64,000 nt of DNA, from NCBI GenBank assembly GCA_016748015.1, contig JAAOMT010000586.1, positions 310,001 through 374,000 on the forward strand. The letters run 5' to 3'. The notes below the pieces were generated by a model. It searched no databases and had not been told where the DNA came from. It saw only the letters and a list, made by a program, of their open reading frames with translations. How positions within the stretch are numbered: the stretch's first letter is position 1; each line of letters opens with the position of its first letter. Shown one piece after another: positions 61,004 through 64,000 of the stretch. The DNA is from Geosiphon pyriformis uo1 (taxonomy: Eukaryota > Fungi > Glomeromycota). A program made the translations under genes and the position numbers.

Positions 61004-64000
61004 AATACCTTTATTATTATTGCTGAACCATTTAAGTTCCTGTTCTTTGGTGAGATCAGAGAGTATGATTTATGTTTTGGGGCTTGAATTGAAGTTTGAA
61101 TTATCATAATTTTCATGGTTATTTGGAACAGAGCTGGAACTATTATTTTTGTTGTCATTATTGTCAGAGTTTGAATCAGGATTGAAAATTGATTCTGATT
61201 CTGATACGCAGCTGCTGATTGGTTCTTTCTCTTCCAAGATTGTATAGATCATGTGTAGTGGTAAATTGTAAATGAGGTCACATACATTACAATATTGAAA
61301 ATTACATAGGATCAAACAATGGTCACATAGTCTTGTGTTTATTTCTTCCAACTATTGCTCTTGTTCTTCTCTAGTGGGTGCTAATTTCTGGTAGTGTTTG
61401 TGAAATTGTTCTGGATCCAGTAGATTTATGACTGGTTCTGGATTTCAGTCAAGTTTTATAGATTCTGGTGAGTTGTTCTTTATTATTCTTATTTTTTTGA
61501 TAATACTCCTTCAATTTTGGCAAGAGCCATTTGCCAAATTTTGTCATCATTATATGAACAATCATTCAAGCATTTGACTGCTTGTTTTCAGGCAGCATCT
61601 ATGGGCATTCCTTTTCTTACCCAGTCACTTATAAAAATCATGTATTGATACAATTTGTCATATGTTCCTCCTCTTCCAAGAATGTTGTTCCATATTTTTT
61701 TGTCAAAGAAAGTTTCTCCACAAGCTAAACATGACTTATTATTCTATTTTCCAACTCGTTTTGGTCTTCTAAAGTATTCAACAAGACATGGGCAACAATA
61801 GAACTTAGTTGTCATCTGGTATTCTTTATTATCACCACAGCATGCACCTATTAACAACAATTTCTTGTCACAATTGACACATATCAGTTTTGGGTGGTGA
61901 TAGTTAGATGGTTGTGATGGAGTATATGTGTATGGGATATAAGTGACAGTAGTAATTAATATTGGTTCTTCTTCTTTCTTTTTTCTTTTGTATTTTCTTC
62001 TCACTCCCAATTTATTAGCTTTTCCTGGTCATTGTTGGTTTCTCAGGTTTGGTCAGCATTCCAAGTAAGTTTTTTTTTTTGTTTTCCTTTTCCATTGTCA
62101 TCCCAAAAGGGTATTGATGGTAATTTATTGTGGTTGCCTTCAGTTCATGACACTTAATAGGCTTTCCAGATGGGTTTTTTCTCTTCTTTCTCGAACTTAA
62201 TAAGTGGTGCTAGCATGTTGATAGTCTTAAAATGACCACACATGGCAGGTACCTGTATGTGTTGGCTGTTCTGGCTAAGCTGTAGTTCCTGCATGTTCCA
62301 GTCAAGCATGGCATTTGTTTTGACTAGCCAGTCATTACTAACTAATGCTTAATACTGCATAATTTCTATCACCAAAACTTTAATTGGGGTAATAATACTG
62401 TTTACTTTAAAGGGAAAATCATCAATCTTACTGATAAGAGTTTTGGTCACTCCATTAGCCATTATTATTTTAGCACTGGCAGTATAATCAACTTGGTGAT
62501 CTAATTGGTCCATAAGTTGTCATGTAATAATGCTGCCTATTAATCTGCTATCCAGGATTAATTTAATGGCCTGTCTATTGATTTTGGCATTAGTGTATAT
62601 TGCTGTAATAGATTTTTCCTCAAGTACAGCTTTACTGAACAAAAAAATTTCTGACAGTCCTTCAATTTTGAAGGGAAATATAGTTGTGAGTAACTCATCT
62701 TCCATGACAGTAGCTAGTGAGATGTTGTTGGTAGTAAGTGGTTGTGTTTGTTTGGTTTCCAAGTTGTGAGATGTAATGTCTTCTGAAGTTACTAGGAGAC
62801 TTAAATAGTTCTGAGAACTCAGGTTTTGGGTGTATCTAGTTCCTGAACTTTGCTGGCGTGATCCTGATAGCTGGTTGAAGGAGCTGAGAATTGGTTGGTG
62901 TACAACCATCACTGATTGCCAGTTTTGGGTGGTTTTCAATCTGGAATTTCTTGATGTCATCTGAGCTGGCAGTATTGAAATTGGTTGGGATTGATATATT
63001 ACTTAAGGCTGTGGCTGATAGATAGATTGGGACTGTAATTAATATATGATGGGTGTTGTTAACTGATAAATTAAAGCTTGATATACAAGTGATTAATAAA
63101 TTGGTTGTTGTGTTATTTAGGTGTAATGAAGTGAGTGTTGATTCTAATTTGAGTATTGATTCAGAGCTTTAAATCTGCAATTGGGGTTTCAATATTGGTT
63201 TTCTGATTATTGGTTTTCTATTCTTAATCTACAGTCAATTTTCAACTGTCCTGGTTTACCACAGTAGTGGCAAACACATGTCTCTTGCTGCCACTGTTGA
63301 TTGGTCACAGGTGATGAATGCAACTAATTCTGGAAACAATTTGCATTTCCTTGATTATTGTGTCATTGTAGAGGTTAATAAATTGCTTGATTGTTAACTA
63401 AGTACCCTTTTAATTTTTTGTCAATAGAATCACTGAATTGTTTCAGCTTAAAATCCAATTTAAATGATCCATTTATTACTAGGTTGATGGCTTAAACATG
63501 ATTAGCTTTGAGTTCAGTGAATTTGAAATCCCATACATTGGTAACTGTGTCTTGGAGAGTTTGTGGGTGCATTGGACATATGCATTAGAGGATGCTACTG
63601 TGCAGTCTATGGATAAACTGGTTTAGAATCTGTGATGCCATAAAATAGTCAACTTGAATTACTTGAATCTGGTGCAAGTTCCTGTGGAAACATTCCAAGT
63701 AAGTGGTAACTGCTTCAGTTTCTTTCTGTTTGATTGTGGTAAAGGTGTTGGCTAGACAATTAATACTGTTATTATTACTGAAATATCCCAAGAATGCAAT
63801 TTTAAATTTCTGGAATGTTTAAAGTTTGGCAGCTAAACTTTGATACCACAAGTCGGCAGTATTCTGTAAGAAATAGGAGTGCTCTGGCGTCATTCCATCC
63901 ATTGGCTGTAATGGCTTTTTCCACATCATTTAGCCACACTTGTGTATTGTCTTTTTCACCTGTGAATTTCTCAAGTTTTATTATTAGGGTGTAGACTATT

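Larger units (their letters stand above)
55865..64000 (-). mobile_element. Ty3/Gypsy element E (minus strand; 5' end lies beyond the window)
   Basis: gag (YFSNNNSIN; CHYCGKPG knuckle), PR (KLILDSRLIGS), Cys-rich region 61260-61890, dUTPase 60620-61003, RT (SPWSSPV, CVDYQKLN), RNase H (TTDASD, PVAYAS), IN (SDQGIHF), ORF3 relic, purine tract, 3' LTR. Confidence 0.93.

Overview
AT-rich, intron-rich fungal genomic DNA. SEL1/kinase relics, a SKA1 gene, a CRIB-containing WASP and these particular repeat families point to Glomeromycotina, and the repeats resemble those I associate with Geosiphon; this is inference, not a database result. The left 22 kb is a CpG-retaining gene island: a SEL1-repeat/kinase pseudogene, WASP/LAS17, SKA1, a MIR-domain (SDF2-like) gene, glyoxalase II, a myotubularin, a decayed orphan gene and a HUL5/UBE3C-like HECT ligase, separated by extremely AT-rich spacers. 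The right 40 kb is a CpG-depleted nest of dead retroelements. It holds two L1-like LINEs (one with both ends, TSD, RNase H and an internal RT deletion), a solo LTR, a fold-back LTR structure and four Ty3/Gypsy copies. The Gypsy copies share an unusual architecture: gag - protease - Cys-rich domain - dUTPase - RT - RNase H - integrase - extra 3' ORF. Best candidates for undescribed biology: this retrovirus-like accessory gene set, pervasive C>T/G>A hypermutation of repeats beyond CpG (RIP-like, outside Dikarya), and conserved structured elements in the LTRs, including a hairpin whose loop is inverted between copies.
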